Assembly: GCF_006345805.1 (NCBI RefSeq)
Contig: NC_043024.1
Span: 17,856,001-17,920,000, forward strand
Source: Octopus sinensis
Lineage: Eukaryota
DNA: 64,000 nucleotides
Reading direction: 5' to 3'
Under the pieces are notes generated by a model. That model had not been told where the DNA came from. It did no database searches and saw only the letters and a program-made list of their open reading frames with translations. Positions 13,719 to 28,952 of the stretch are shown here, one piece after another. Each line of letters starts with the position of its first letter. The first letter of the stretch is position 1. The position numbers and the translations under genes were made by a program.

Positions 13719-14199
13719 GAGTTTTAGCAAGTCATGTGACTGGAAAAGGATTTATCTCATTGGCTCAAGTATCAACTAATCATGTGACAGGAAAAATTCT
13801 ATGGTAGACTTTTGTTGTATCAAGCTGGTGCCATTTACATAAAAGTTTTTGTAAGTTGTGCTATATTAACAGATCATGTGACCGATGTAGTGCAGCTTTC
13901 CCATTGGCTGTTTGCTTCAATAAGTTCCTTCTCCCTAACTGTCCCCTCCCCACATATATACATCTCACTGATAACATGACAGCTAACAGATTTAACAGAA
14001 GAGAAAAGAAAAATATCAGAAGTGTCCTTCCTTGCCTGTTTAACTTCTTTTTGGAAAGAATTGGTTGTTGCCAGACCTAGGGTGGGATAGGTTCTGCCAG
14101 ATGTAAAACTGTCCAAGACACACTAGAAGTCTCTCTCGAACCACACCCATGATTCCATTAAGAAGTTGAGAACTCAATGCAAGGTGATATATCTCTCTC

Positions 14200-14612
14200 T
14201 TTACTCTTTACTCTTTTACTTGTTTCCGTCATTTGACTGTGGCCATGCTGGAGCATCGCCTTTAGTCGAGCAAATCAACCCCAGGACTTATTCTTTATAA
14301 GCCTAGTACTTATTCTATTGGTCCCTTCTGCTGAACCGCTAGGTTACTGGGACGTAAACACACCAGCATCAGTTGTCAAGTGATGTTGTGGGGACAAACA
14401 GAGACACAAACACAAACACACACACATATATATACATATACATATATACAACGAGCTTCTTTCAGTTTCTGTCTACCAAATCCACTCACAAGGCTTTAGT
14501 CGGCCTAAGGCTATAGTAGAAGACACTTGCCCAAAGTGCCATGCAGTGGGACTGAACCCAGAACCATGTGGTTGGTAAGCAAGCTACTTACCACACAGCC
14601 ACTCCTGTGCCT
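14200..14612 (-). mobile_element. SINE family A, full length
   Basis: Reverse complement of 2789..3197. Confidence 0.9.
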
Positions 14613-15519
14613 ATCTGTTTACAACTTTCCCTAACATCAGCACAGAAAGTAGATATTTACAAAGAAATTGGTGCCCTTCAAATGACAGCCACCAAATCCC
14701 TGTGACTTCCTTGTCATTGTTGCTATCAGAAATATATTGAATCTGAAATGAGCCACTTTGAAAAGCTCTGAATTACGACATCATCAATATGAAATAAAAC
14801 AGTTTTCTACAAGGAATAAACCCCCTCCCCACTCTTCAGATAACCTGTCATTGGCTACATTACTAGCTTTCTGTAAATGTACTAATTAAATGTTATTAAT
14901 TATAATATCATGACGAAGTGAGATGAAAGTAGAGAGTTACGTGGGTGGAGATCTGGCTGGTGTGATTATTGTTGCGGTTTGGGTTGGATCAGCATTGATA
15001 TTGCTGTCCTATGAACAAAGGCATTCCAAGTATGACCATCCAACCATTTTTACAGCTACAATACACCCAGGGATATTTTGTATCATGTGTCTTTCTCACC
15101 AAGATGCTTGTATTGAATTTGAGGGAGATTTGGCTGCTGTTTCTAGTACAATTCAGTGATCATATAAAAACTCACTCATTTGTTCCCACAGCGCGTGGGT
15201 AGTGGGAGGGATGGGTAAGTGGGTACATTAGTTGATAGACCCTCTGTGTGTGTGTGTATGGGTGTGTGTGTGTGTGTGCGTGTGCGTGTGTGTGTGAGTA
15301 AGACAGATATTCCAGTTGAAAGATAATCACTTGCATGGAAAAATATATACTTCTAATGGGTAGCTGGGTACATGGTGGATGGCTGGAATGTTTGACTGAT
15401 GGATTGATAGACAGGTAGATAGGTATGTACAGGGGTAGGTAGGTGCATAAATGGATTAAATCAATGACTAGCAGACATAGAAATGATATATATAAAAGAG
15501 ATTAATAAAGGATATATAC

Positions 15520-15579
15520 ATATCTCAACACACACACACACATATATATATATATACACATACACACATACATACCCAT

Positions 15580-15618
<39 letters not shown>

Positions 15619-15955
15619 CATAAATATACATACATATATGTGCACACATATAGAGAGAAAAAACAGGTGGATAGTTGTACTAAATGCCTGGCCAAGCACT
15701 TGTATGAGACCTGGGTACCTTGATAGGTAGGTAGATCAGCTGACAAATCAATAAATAGATTACTTTAGTTGATTGATTGGCAGATAATAGATCAGTCCTA
15801 ATGACTGATTGATTTCTGCACACACACATGCACACACTCACCCTACATATATTCATACATGCACATATCTGCAAAATATGTGAGCTTGTATACAACTATA
15901 CTGACAAACTGATGTGTGTACATGTATACAGAAGTGTGTTTGAGTGTATCTAAAG

Positions 15956-16018
<63 letters not shown>

Positions 16019-16452
16019 GTAGTGTGGTTTGTGTCTGATGAATATATGTTTGGGTATTTATCAACATATGAAACTATTAGTAACACATACAAACATGTAT
16101 TGTGTCTATTAAATAATATATATATATATATGTATATATATACTACTACCACCATATATATATTATATACAGATGAAACAAAACCTACACACAAATACAC
16201 ACACTCACACACATACATAATGCATTCATATATATACATATATGTGTGTGTGTGTATGTAAATATATATACACACACACATACATAAACGTTCATTTACA
16301 TAGATACAGATGTATAGATATACATACAGAGTGTGAGATGGGGGCAAGCAGATACGGCCTTAGACTGATAGTAATATAGATATATTTGTCTATACCTATC
16401 TATCTGTCTATCTATCTATCTATCCATATATATATGTGTGTATGTATATATA

Positions 16453-16513
<61 letters not shown>

Positions 16514-17460
16514 AGATAGATGAATAGGGAGACAGTCAGAGCGAAAGGAGATAGATTGACTGACAGTTGGATAGTTATATAGACTGACAGACAGACAGAA
16601 TGTGTTTGCAGTGTTGTTGCCTTCACAGAATAAATACTTCAAGCTGACATCCAGTCAGACAGCGCTTGTCGGTTCCACATCATGAATTAACCAATATTCT
16701 AATCCACCCCCACACACACACGCCTTCATCCACCCTTGATCAATACTATGAGAGAATTACAAACTTACCAATAAACAGTAGTCGACAAATATCAGTGGCG
16801 ATGGAGATAATTATGATGATGGTGGTGAATTTGGTTGTGTTGTTATTATTATTATTATTATTATTAGCATTAATACTATTCGTAGTAGTGGTGGTGGTGG
16901 TGGTGGTGGTGGTGGTGGTGGTTGTAGAAGTAGTAGTCGTTGGGGTGGTGGAAGGAATAGTAGTATTGGTAGTGGTACTAACTGTGGTTGCAGAGATGAC
17001 AGTAGTTGTGGTGGTGGGTGGGGGGGTTAATTATGTAAGACTAACAATGTTACAATGGTTGCTGGAGAGTGAAAGTGAAAGTGAGTGTGGGAGGAGGAGG
17101 AGGTAGATGATGGGTGGGGGGAAGTTATGCTCTGCTCTGAGCTTAGATAAGATGGCAGCATCACTGCTATCATCATCAGCGGCAGCAGCATGATCATCAA
17201 TCACAATCATCCTATTCATCATCATCATCATTATCATCATCGTCATTACCCCAATCACCATCATCACCACCATCATCATCATCACCATCATCATCATCAT
17301 TACCCCCACCACTACCATCATCATCATCCTTATTTTATTATCCTTAAGTCTGTTACTGTCACCCACTTTCTACTTATCAATTTCACTTTCTGTAATTGTG
17401 TGGGTGTGGGTGTCTGTGTGTATGCATGCACATATCTGCATGTGTGCATGCCTGTATACA

Positions 17461-17497
<37 letters not shown>

Positions 17498-17638
17498 GTC
17501 TATATGTATGTATGTATGTCTATATGTATGTATATGTATGTATGTATGTCTATATGTATGTATATATATATATGTATATATATATTGTGTGTGTATAAAT
17601 ACACATAAATATATATGTATATGTACATATATGCATGT

Positions 17639-17676
<38 letters not shown>

Positions 17677-17818
17677 ACATACGTATGTATACATATATCT
17701 TTATATATACATATTTGTGTGTGTAACATGTACATGTATCTGCTAATGAATGTATGTGTGTATTTATATATCTATCATACATATATACATGCACACACAC
17801 ACACAAATATATATTTAC

Positions 17819-17866
<48 letters not shown>

Positions 17867-17870
17867 CATA
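15520..17870. repeat. Dense microsatellite region: (TA)n, (TG)n, (GGT)n, (ATC)n, (TATG)n
   Basis: Direct inspection; short non-repetitive spacers are interspersed. Confidence 0.9.
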
Positions 17871-18522
17871 AACTTATCCAGTATATTTTTGCAGATCAAA
17901 ACAAAACTCAGTTACAGGAATGTGACCCAGGGGTGAAAACACAGAGTCAAATATACAAAGGAACTCTTAAGCCATTCAAAGTAATGATGGGGTTAAGGGT
18001 TTGAACTTGTCTTTTTACTGAGTTTTTTCCATCCCTAGGTTTCATTCTGGTTATATTTGCAAGATCTCTGGGATTTGTAAATCAGTTGTGTTTTTTTCAG
18101 ATCTCCAATAGAACAGAGCCCGAGCTATACTGCTTCATTCAGTCATATCTGAGAACTGTTAAATTGCCTTTTCACATTTGGAAAATTCTTTAACATGAAA
18201 CCATTCGGTAACATGAATTGGCTGTTATAAGACTAAAGTTATAATGCTATATAAACAACACGCTCACACGCAGATAAATATGATAAATGTGTGTGTGTGT
18301 GTGTGTGTGTGCATGTGTGTATATGTTGGGCTTCCATACATTTTCCATCAATTAAATCTTCTCACTAGACATTGTTATATTCTACATTACAACTCTCTGA
18401 AATTCAATATTCTATAATATATTTAGTCTCCTATGTCCTATTACATTTTCATTCTCACAAACCTATTTCACTGAAAGTTGAACACAAAATATATTCTCGC
18501 TACATTTAGAAAATATTTATCA

Positions 18523-18707
18523 ACATCATCATCATCATCTTCATACCTGCCTCTACTATTGCTACTACTGCTGGTATTATCATTATTATTGTTGTTAATA
18601 TTATTATTATTATTGTGATTATTATCATTATAACTACCACCACCACTATTACTACTACTGTTCTTATCAATATTATTATTATTATCAGTATTATTATTAT
18701 TATTATT
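18523..18707. repeat. (ATC)n/(ATT)n/(ACT)n trinucleotide repeats
   Basis: Direct inspection. Confidence 0.9.
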
Positions 18708-19190
18708 GTGGTGGAGTAGAGTATTGAAGCAACTGTGCTGTTCATTTGAAATGCGGAACAAAGGTGGAGAGAAAGATAGCAAGAGGAAAGGGGTAAAACA
18801 ACATTAGAGAGTCCATTAATTAATTATATTACATTCAAGCAGTGTATTTTTCTATTATAAGGGCCCCTCTCTGGGTTTTAATGCGAAAATTAGATAATGG
18901 AGCTATTTGATGTGAAGTTTTACTCTCAAACAGACATTATCTAAAATACGCGACATTTCTGCAGCTCATTATGATAGGTTTGGGTTCCTGTTTATGGAAT
19001 CTACAATGAATATCTGTGATGTGAGGATTTTCTTCATCTCTTCCCTTAAGGCCCTCACATGAAGGGCACAAATCTGTGTAAAGATTTGAATTTGTGTGTA
19101 AGGGCAGGAGCCATGGGACTATGTCTTGGAAAACATATATTACTTAATGTTTATAAATGTGTGTGTTTGAGTGCATATGTGTGTGTGTAT

Positions 19191-19221
<31 letters not shown>

Positions 19222-19223
19222 AT

Positions 19224-19279
<56 letters not shown>

Positions 19280-19850
19280 TATACATATATATATACATAT
19301 ATATACATATATATATACATATATTTATACATATATATATATGCATATGTATATGTATGTGTGTGTATATATGTATCTGTGTGTATATATGTGTGTGTAT
19401 ATATGTATTTATGTGTGCGCATGTATGTATGTGTATATATGTGTGTGTATATACACACACACACACACACAAACAGAAATGGATCAATGGATTGGACAGA
19501 GATGAGAATGGAGATCTAAATGTTCCATGTCCAATGAAGCAGTGAAATAATGATAATAATAATAATAATGATGATGATGATGATATTTGACAGCACTCAT
19601 TGCCACTGATAATGGCTGAATTGTTGAAATGAAATTTGGTTCGTTTTCATGGTCATGTGATCGCTGAGCAATTATTCCAGCTATTTATTAATCATTAGGC
19701 AAGTCTATCTTTCAGCACACAAGCAGGAACTTTGGTATGTGTTGGCACTTTAAGATAAAGGGTATAATTCCTTGTTTTGAGGCTAGAGTTGTAATGGTAT
19801 ACAATAGGATTAATTGCACAAAACGTTCTGGTTAAAATATCTAATGTTAC

Positions 19851-20064
19851 TTTCTTTTACTTGTTTCAATCATTTGACTGTGGCCATGCTGGAGCACTGC
19901 TTTTAGTCGAGCAAATCAACCCCAGGACTTATTCTTTGTAAGCCTCATACTTATTCTATCAGTCTATTTTGCTGAACCGCTAAGTTACGGGGACGTAAAC
20001 ACACCAGCATCGGTTGTCAAGCGATGTTGGGGGGACAAACATGCACACACAAACATATACACGC

Positions 20065-20105
<41 letters not shown>

Positions 20106-20271
20106 ATACATATATATACAAAAGGCTTCTTTCAGTTTCTGTCTACCAAATCCACTCACAAGGCTTTGGTCAGCCTGAGGCTATAGTAGAAAACACATGC
20201 CCAAGGTGGAACTGAACCCAGAACCATGTGGTTCATAAGCAAGCTACTTACCACACAGCCAATCCTATGCC
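19851..20271 (-). mobile_element. SINE family A, full length
   Basis: Reverse complement of 2789..3197. Confidence 0.9.
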
Positions 20272-21067
20272 TTTCATTTATTAAGGCCAAACTTGGGTTT
20301 CGTCTTGTTCCAGTCATTAGATCTGGCCATGCTAGGGCACTGTCTTGCAGAGCCAGTGCTAGGAAGTGCAGGGCTCAATTAGAGAATTAAAAGTGTGGCC
20401 CTTTACTCTACAAAAGCTGAAAATTGATGTTTTGTGCTTCATGGTGTATGCCATTCCTAGGCAAAAAGTGTTAAGCATTTGAGGATTTACCGTGTTAGTC
20501 ACAAGGATATACTAAAACTCGAATGCCCATATGAAAGTTTTAATGTTTTATTGCAAGTCAAGGTAATTACTGACATACTGTTCATGAATAGACCTTGTGC
20601 TTGCTGAGATAACTGAGCTGAGCTGAACCGATTATGGTGCCCAGCCATTGCCAGGCACTCATTTTACAGAAAACAAATATCACAGTTTAATAAGACATTC
20701 TTCTAAAAGTCATGAGATAAATTTGTACGTCGCATGAAAAGACAAAAAAGAATTGTGTGGGTATTTTTGCTTGATACAGTCAAAGGGTTTAATTCTTCAA
20801 AGCATACTCTGCTTGAGCATGTGCACAGGGCCCTCTTGGCATGGGGCTCTCTTTTGGTACAGGGTTTATTTTGAAAAAATATGTTTAATTGGCTTAAAAC
20901 CGACCCTGTTGTGTTGAAGCATATAGTTTTTACAAATTGACCCCTACATTTATTTTTTAAGTCTAATCTTTATTTTATTGAGCCCTTTTGATGAACTGCT
21001 GGGTTATCAGCAGATAAATAAGCCAACACCAGTTGACAAGCAGTGATAATGGCAACACATACCTGCA

Positions 21068-21073
21068 CATATA

Positions 21074-21131
<58 letters not shown>

Positions 21132-21336
21132 CACACATATATATATATATATGCATACATACATATATATATATGTATGCATGTATGTTTATATGTAGGT
21201 TAGCCCAGAGCTATAGTGGAAGACAACGGCCCAAAATGCCGCACAGTCGGACTAAACACCACATGATTGCAAAGCAAACTTCTTAGCCACACACCCATAC
21301 TCCACTATATGTGTATGTATCTGTGTATATTTCGCC

Positions 21337-21370
<34 letters not shown>

Positions 21371-21539
21371 ATGAATATATATGCATGTATATGTATATAT
21401 ACATGCATACATACTTATGCATATGTATATATATATATATATACATACATATATATGCATGTATGTATATATATATATATATATAGATATATATATATAT
21501 ATATATATACATCTACATATACATATATATATGTGTGTG

Positions 21540-21571
<32 letters not shown>

Positions 21572-21616
21572 ATATATATATATATACATCTACATATACA
21601 TATATATATGTGTGTG

Positions 21617-21666
<50 letters not shown>
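21068..21666. repeat. (TA)n-rich microsatellite containing a small SINE A fragment
   Basis: Direct inspection; SINE piece at ~21200-21300. Confidence 0.9.
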
Positions 21667-22987
21667 GTTAGAAGATTCTTCCACCTTAGCTAAAATGTCT
21701 TCTACTCTAGCAACAGTTAGCAACAGGAAAGGCATCCAGGTGTAGAAAATCTACCTCCACAAATTTCCACAAAAAGTGGATGTTAATATGGAGCTGACAA
21801 TAATGCATGTGTGTATTAATCTATTTGTACCTGTGAATGTATACACATATACCTTAATGTGCACGTGACAATATACATATATACATGTGTGTATGTGTGT
21901 GCTCTGCATGTTTGTTAGTATGCGTGTAAAGGTGTATTGCAAAAGTTTAGAGAAAGAGAGAGAGAGAGGAGGAGACAGAGAGGGAGATATATATAAATGT
22001 GTATGCATGTTTGTTGCAGAGAAGAATGATTGTTCTCTGCACCTTTTGTTCTTAAGTTGTGTGTATACCTGTGTGTCTGTCTGTGTGTCTAGTCTTACCA
22101 AAAAAAAAAAACAAATAAAAAACTTCCATACCAAGAAGATCTCCACTGTATTTCCTTTGGGAATTGGAATCAATGTGGCATTAAGCTAACCTCCTTTGAT
22201 TGCTTTACATCATTATCTTTGGTGCCGGTTTTGTTGATTGGTAAATCCATCATCATCATCATCGTCATCATCATAATATCCAGCATCATAACAACCATTG
22301 CCTCCATCATCATCATCATCATTACCATTATCTTGAGTATTGTAAAGAATTTATCTATTATCATCGTAATCATCATCACTGTCACTATCATCATCATAAT
22401 CATTGTCTTCATCATTGTCATCATCATTATCACCAACAATATACATATATATATGTAATTCCTATTATCCTTTTTTTCCCAGTCTCATCTACTTCAATGA
22501 TGTCAGTGTTCTTACCATCTTCTCTAATCATCATCATCATCCTTAGAAACATCACAGTTCTTTTCATCATTCTCTCACGTCATCACCATCTCCTCTTCTC
22601 CCTCCTTCATAATCCTTACTCTACAGTCCCCCCTCTTTCTTTGGCCCTCTTCTGTATATCAGTGCACCATAAACCAACACGTTTGTGCTGCATTGTTCTG
22701 TCAAAAACATTTCTGCAACCTAATGGAGGTTCTGACCATCAAACTTTCAGTCATGAAAACACTTTTAAGCATACGCATGCAAGGAGATTTACATGTGTTC
22801 TTGTAGTTACTTACTTTCACGACTACTGACCTTGTGTGTGTGTGTGTGTGTGTGTGCATTATTCAGCTCTATGTCAGTGTCCTGGTAGATCCCTCATCAA
22901 AGGTGTTCCAGTCATGACCATCCTGTCTTAAATCCAAATTAAATACATACTATAAATACAGTTTATACATATATGTATGTATGTATG

Positions 22988-23027
<40 letters not shown>

Positions 23028-23061
23028 GTGTATGTATATAATATATATAGTCTATATATAG

Positions 23062-23101
<40 letters not shown>

Positions 23102-23407
23102 ATACATATATATAGACATAATATCTAATGTTCTCTAATACAAAATCATGAAATTGAAGAAGGCATAATCAAAGTTACACAGTATAAAAATGGACATGTT
23201 CCCAAACACACACACACACACACAAACATGCACAAACACATTCACACACAAACACACAACACACACACAGTTCAGAAAGGGATTCTCTCCAAAATTGAAT
23301 GTTTTAAGGTAAAATGGAGAATTTGAATTCTTTATTCCAAATACTGCTCATCTCAACAAATGTTCAGATATATATAAAAGTGTAGTATTGGGATTTTCTA
23401 GCTTTAC

Positions 23408-23445
<38 letters not shown>

Positions 23446-23754
23446 TTTAATTTAATTTTATTTATTATTTGATTTTTCAAATTGTTAATCTGCAAATATT
23501 GTACTAATGTTTTTTCATGAAACTACATTTCATCAAAAAATTCCCTCCAAAAATGAATGTTTGGAAGGGGTGACTGTACAATTTGTTTTCTAAATATAAC
23601 TCAAAGAGGAGAAAAAGAAAAAAAGAAGGAAAGGGAAAGTGAGAGAGAAAAGCAAAATGACTTTCAGTGATGACCAAACGGCACCTGTTTTTTTTTTTAT
23701 TTAGGAGGTCACCATCCTTAAACCCATTCCAATACAATGGTAAAGGATTAAATA

Positions 23755-25035
23755 TTAGGTTGCCAAGAAAGTTCTTGTGGTTTTTAACCTTTAAATTCAG
23801 ATGCACATATCTTGGCTCAACCAAAACTTTATTCATCGAAATAAGCACCATCAGAATCTACACACTTTTGCCAATGCGAAACAAGTTTATTTATGCCAGT
23901 AGCGTCAAAATCCTGTGTTCTGGTGGCAATGAAGTCGTTGAAGGTGTGTTTGGCATCGTCTTGGTTTTTGAAGCATTTCTCACACAGGAAGTTGTCGAAA
24001 TGCTTGAAAAAGTGAGTTGTTGGTAGGCAAGAGGTCTGGTGTGTATGACAGATGAGGCAGAGTTTTGTAGCCCAATTCATTCAACTTCTGCAGGATCAGT
24101 TGTGTGATGTGCAGCCAAGTGTTGTCGTTGAGAAGAGTTGGTCCTTTTCTATTGACCAATGCTGGCTGTTGTTGTCGGAGTTTCTTATGCATTTCATCCA
24201 TTTGCTGACAGTACTCTGCTGTAATGATTTGCCTGGATCCAAAAAGCTGTGATGGATGAGACCAGCTGCAGACCACCAAACAGTCACCATGACCTTCTTT
24301 TGGTGCAACTTTGGCTTTGGGAAGTGCCGTGGAACTTCGTCGGCATCCAACCACTGAGCTGAGCATCACCATTTGTTGTAAAGAATCCACCTTTCATCAC
24401 AAGTTACAATCCAGTCAAGAAACGGGTTGTTCTTGTTGCATAAAAGAAGGTAAGGTGACACTTCAAAACGGTGTTTTTTTGGTTGTCATTCAATTCGTGC
24501 AGCACCCATTTCTCAAGTATTTTTGTTTTTTCCAATCTCTTTCAAGTGGTTGGAAATTGTCGTATATATTATGTCTAATTCAGAAGCAAGCTCTTGAACA
24601 GTTGTGCGTGGATTAGCTTTGACTTAGTTGATCGTTGATCGTTGTCAACATCTGATGGCTGACCACTACACTTATCATCTTCAAGACTCTTGTCACAGCT
24701 ATGAAAGTTCTTGAACCACCATTGTGCTGTACATTCATTAGTGGTTCCTGGGCCAAATGCATCATTGATATCGTGAGCTGTTTCAGCAGCTTTTCAGCCT
24801 AGCTTGAACTGGAATAAGAAAATTGTGCGAATTTGCTTTTTGTCCATGTTGTATTCAATGTTCTGGAAAAAATGGCCTGATTATTCAAAAAGAAAAAGAG
24901 TAACACTATTAAATAGAGCAAAAATGGGCTTTAAAATGATATATAAAGTCAAAGTAATTTAATGAAAATTAATTTGAAAGTACATCATTTAAAACCAAAA
25001 TTTAAAATTCCACAAGAACTTTCTTGACAGCCGAA
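23755..25035 (-). mobile_element. Full-length (1281 bp) decayed mariner transposon
   Basis: TIR TTAGGTTGCCAAGAAAGTTCTTGTGG with its imperfect inverse at the right end; TA flanks at 23753-54 and 25036-37; transposase remnants KPKLHQKKVMVTVWWS, LLNDNTWLH, HLSYTPDL, HWQKCVDSDGAYFDE with frameshifts. Confidence 0.92.
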
Positions 25036-25584
25036 TAAATAAATGAATGAATCAGAAGGGTGATACTCCTTCTCTCTCTCTCTCTCTCTCTCTACCTATC
25101 TGTCTATTTTTCTGACTATCTATCTATTCATCTATCTATCTATCTGTCATCAGCCTATCTACTTATCTATATTTCTATCTATCCATCTCCATTGTCACGG
25201 AACCCCACCCCAAAAAGCAAAAACAATGCTCTCTTCTAAACAAAAATAAAAAAAACAAGCTGTTTGTAAATTCCCAAAATTTTATTTGACAAGTTTAAGA
25301 AAGGAACGAAAGAGCTAATGATAATGAAGAAAAATAAAGAATCTTTTTCTCAAAATTCTGACAACTTTATTTCTCAGTATACACATACATACACACACAC
25401 AACACACACACACACACACATATAATATAATATAAATATATATATATGCATATATATATATATAATATATATATATATATATTCATACATATATTATATA
25501 TTCATACATATATATGCATATATATATGCATATATATATATATATATTATATATAATATATATATATATATGCATATATATGTA

Positions 25585-25626
<42 letters not shown>

Positions 25627-25666
25627 TATATATATATATATACATATATAAGTATATATAGATAGT

Positions 25667-25815
25667 TGGAATTTACAAAAGACGAAGACAGGTGTATAAA
25701 CAACAAACAGATGTATTACTTTAACACTCGGGAAGGTGAGTCTTTTATGTTTCAAACCTATGATCTTCTGCAGAAAGGAACACGAGAAAATAAACAGAGA
25801 GATGATAAAAAAAGC
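25667..25815 (-). mobile_element. Short non-autonomous repeat with HHR-like motif (PLE pLTR-like), copy 1
   Basis: Homologous to 29327, 34477, 34706 and 48853; flanked by microsatellites. Confidence 0.65.
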
Positions 25816-25847
25816 TTTATAGATAGATAGACAGACAGACAGACGGA

Positions 25848-25880
<33 letters not shown>

Positions 25881-26765
25881 GGATAGATAGATAGATAGAT
25901 AGACAGATAGGCAGACAGGCAGACAGACAGATATTCATATGCATATCTGTCTATATATACATACATGCATATATATATATATATATGTACACACACACAC
26001 AAACAAGCACATACCTATACAATGTACACAACACACATGCTTACATACACCAATACATACATGTGTACATATTCTCAGAGAAAACACAATAAAATATGCC
26101 AACCAAGTCTAGAAACATATCAAAGTTAGTCGAAACGTGAAGATAACAATAAGTTAAGATGTAATATTTTCCTGGTGAAAAGTTCCTCAACTGAGAAAGC
26201 GATTAAAATAGGCACCACAAAATAATGAAAACTCAAAGACATTAAAAAAAAAACCTTCCACTTGATAGAACTGGTGACATTTTCACTGAAATATAAGAAA
26301 ATTGCTCCGATTGAATAGGTTTCTTCATTCTTGTCTTGTTTCATATTAAATATTTTTGCCTCAGGGACCGGGAAAATATTAGGGTCATTTTATTTTTGTT
26401 TTATCTTTTTTATGTACTCCCCCCACTTTGTAATTTATTATTTTTCTAGAATTAATCATTGTCTTTTATAGCATTGATGGAGGAAATATAAAAGAATTTC
26501 TTTTTAAAAAAAATGAATTATGAAAATGTGACGAAAAAAATTGTACCAATCTCACTGGATGGGGGTGGGGAGAAATGTGGCCAAAAGCTGAAGAATGGAA
26601 GTAAAAATATCTCCAGACTGTCATTCACTGTTGGAAGATGTTTGTCTGTCTTGGATTAATTTTCGTCATGCACATATTCATATGCATATATTGAAATATA
26701 TATATATATATATAGATATAGATATATATGTGTATATGTATACCTGTGTGTTTGTGTGTGTATGT

Positions 26766-26980
26766 AGGCGCAGGAGTGGCTGTGTGGTAAGTAGCTTGCT
26801 TACCAGCCACATGGTTCCAGGTTCATTCTCACTGCGTGGCACCATGAGCAAGTGTCTTCTACTATAGCCTCAGGCTGACTAAAGCCTTGTGAGTGGATTT
26901 GGTAGACAGAAACTAAAAGAAGCCTGTTGTATATATGTATATATATGTGTGTGTATGTGTTTGTGTGTCTGTTTGTTCCC
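26766..26980 (+). mobile_element. SINE family A, 5' half
   Basis: GGCGCAGGAGTGGCTGTGTGG head. Confidence 0.85.
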
Positions 26981-28651
26981 ACATCTGCTTAATGTGAACA
27001 TACAGCCCTCCCCCTGTGGGCATGGTACATTTATATACAAGATTTGTACTCATACAGATGTTCATCAATGGGCATTTTGATTTTCCTCTGCATAAGAATA
27101 TTTATCATATTCATTTGTATATAAGGCAGTTCCGATTCCATTTTCCAATGTTGTTACTATGTTAGCTGTATCATAAGCATTTCTACTATTACAATTTGAC
27201 TGGAATTGGTATTTTTCAGTGTGGTTTACAACTCCTTTGTTAGTATTTAGATGCATATGTTTGCTAGATCCAGTAGGTAGGTTATTGAACCTTTGTCGCG
27301 TTTTACATATATATATATATATGAACTTAAACCATTCTATGACTTCAAAGCTATACTTCCACAAAGTCATGTCTGAAGATTGTCTCAGTTTGGGTTTGAT
27401 TTTATCCAAGATTTTGTTGGAGATTTAAAACTTAGCTGACAGGCTCAATTCAAAGTTTGGTTTATGGTCGTTGAAGTTAACATGAGGAGTTCTGTGTAGT
27501 CATTCACATGGAGTTTCTCATCATCATTGTTTCAATGTCCACTTTTCCATGCTCTCATAGGTCACAAAGAATATGTTGAGGTAGATTTTCTATAGCCAGA
27601 TACACTTCCTGTCAGCGACCCTTGGCTGTTGCCAAGTAAGGTAATATTTCACTATGACTAGACATGTTTTCACAGAAGATTGCAAACAAAAGACATCACC
27701 TGTTTGATGGTGACACTTGTTTACATCTATCATGGAATGTTATAATGAGGAGGTAGTAACACAAACACACACACACACATGCACATGCACACATATATAT
27801 CCACATATTTGCACACACACATATATACACACACATACGCACAAGCACACATATATATATACATATACACACACACATAACTGGCTTCCGTACAGTTTCC
27901 ATCTGCCAAATTCATCCAGGCATATAGTAGAAAGCAGTTGCCCATGATGCCATCTAGTGGGGCTGAACCTGGAATCTTGAGGTTGGAAAGCAAACTTCTT
28001 ATTACAATATTTTGTTTGTTTTTGTTTTTTTTTTGTTTTTCCTATTGAATGGATGTCATTCACCACTTTACATTCATTTCCTTGTATTTGCTGGTGACCA
28101 CATTAGAGACGAGACTTTGAAATGTATTTTGGTTAATTCAATAAAAGTATTTCCTTTTATCTGATTTGAGGAGGAATAATTTGTCCAGATTCGAAATTTC
28201 TTTAAGTTGTTATTCCTTGATGGTTGAAAGTCGTTGTGGATCTTGTGAACTTTATAGGATTTTTTTTTTCTTTTCTTTTCATTCAGATCTTCAAATAGTA
28301 TTAGATACAGTTTTCCAGTTTTCTCATAAAGCTCTTTGGTTTATCAAAATATATTTGCCATCATCTAATACACTTAATAGAATCAATCTCTCTTGCATCG
28401 CGTATTTAAAGTAGAACCTTTCAGAAGTCATTAGGATATTTTCTTATTGTTTTTTTTTTTTGTTGCTGTATCAGTGTTTTAATTTGGTCCTTATGTTACG
28501 GGATTAAACAGAGAGGAGTATAATTATAATAAGCCACCCAATTATATGACAAGGAAAACCACAAATTTAAAGCACTCAATACATACATTTTCGGTGATGT
28601 TCTTTAAACTGCAGTTCTCCCAGGCTTTAAATTGTCACTTCATATATATTT

Positions 28652-28952
28652 TTTGCTTGTTTCAGTCATTAGACTGCAGCCATGCTGGGGTTCCACCCAG
28701 AAGAATCTTTAGTTCAATGAATTGATCCCCATCAGTCTCTTTTGTTGAACCACTAAGTTATGGGGACGCTAACACACCAACACTGGCTGTGAAGTGGTGG
28801 TGGGGGACAAACAAACATGCATACACACACATACATACGATGGGCTTCTTCCAGTTTCCATCTACAAAATCCACTCAAAAGGCTTTGGTCAGCTTGTGGC
28901 TATAGTAGAAGACACTTGTCCAAGTGAGACTGAACCTAGAACCATGTGGTTG
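28652..28952 (-). mobile_element. SINE family A, deleted copy
   Basis: Homology to other copies. Confidence 0.75.

Noticed and set aside
26235-26320. Possible third copy of the pseudoknotted HHR-like motif (shares ATTGCTCCGAT)
   Set aside because: Helices and core cannot be reconstructed; similarity too weak
27065-27409. 114-aa minus ORF as a terminal exon
   Set aside because: Crosses a (TA)n run, has no convincing acceptor site and no recognisable homology
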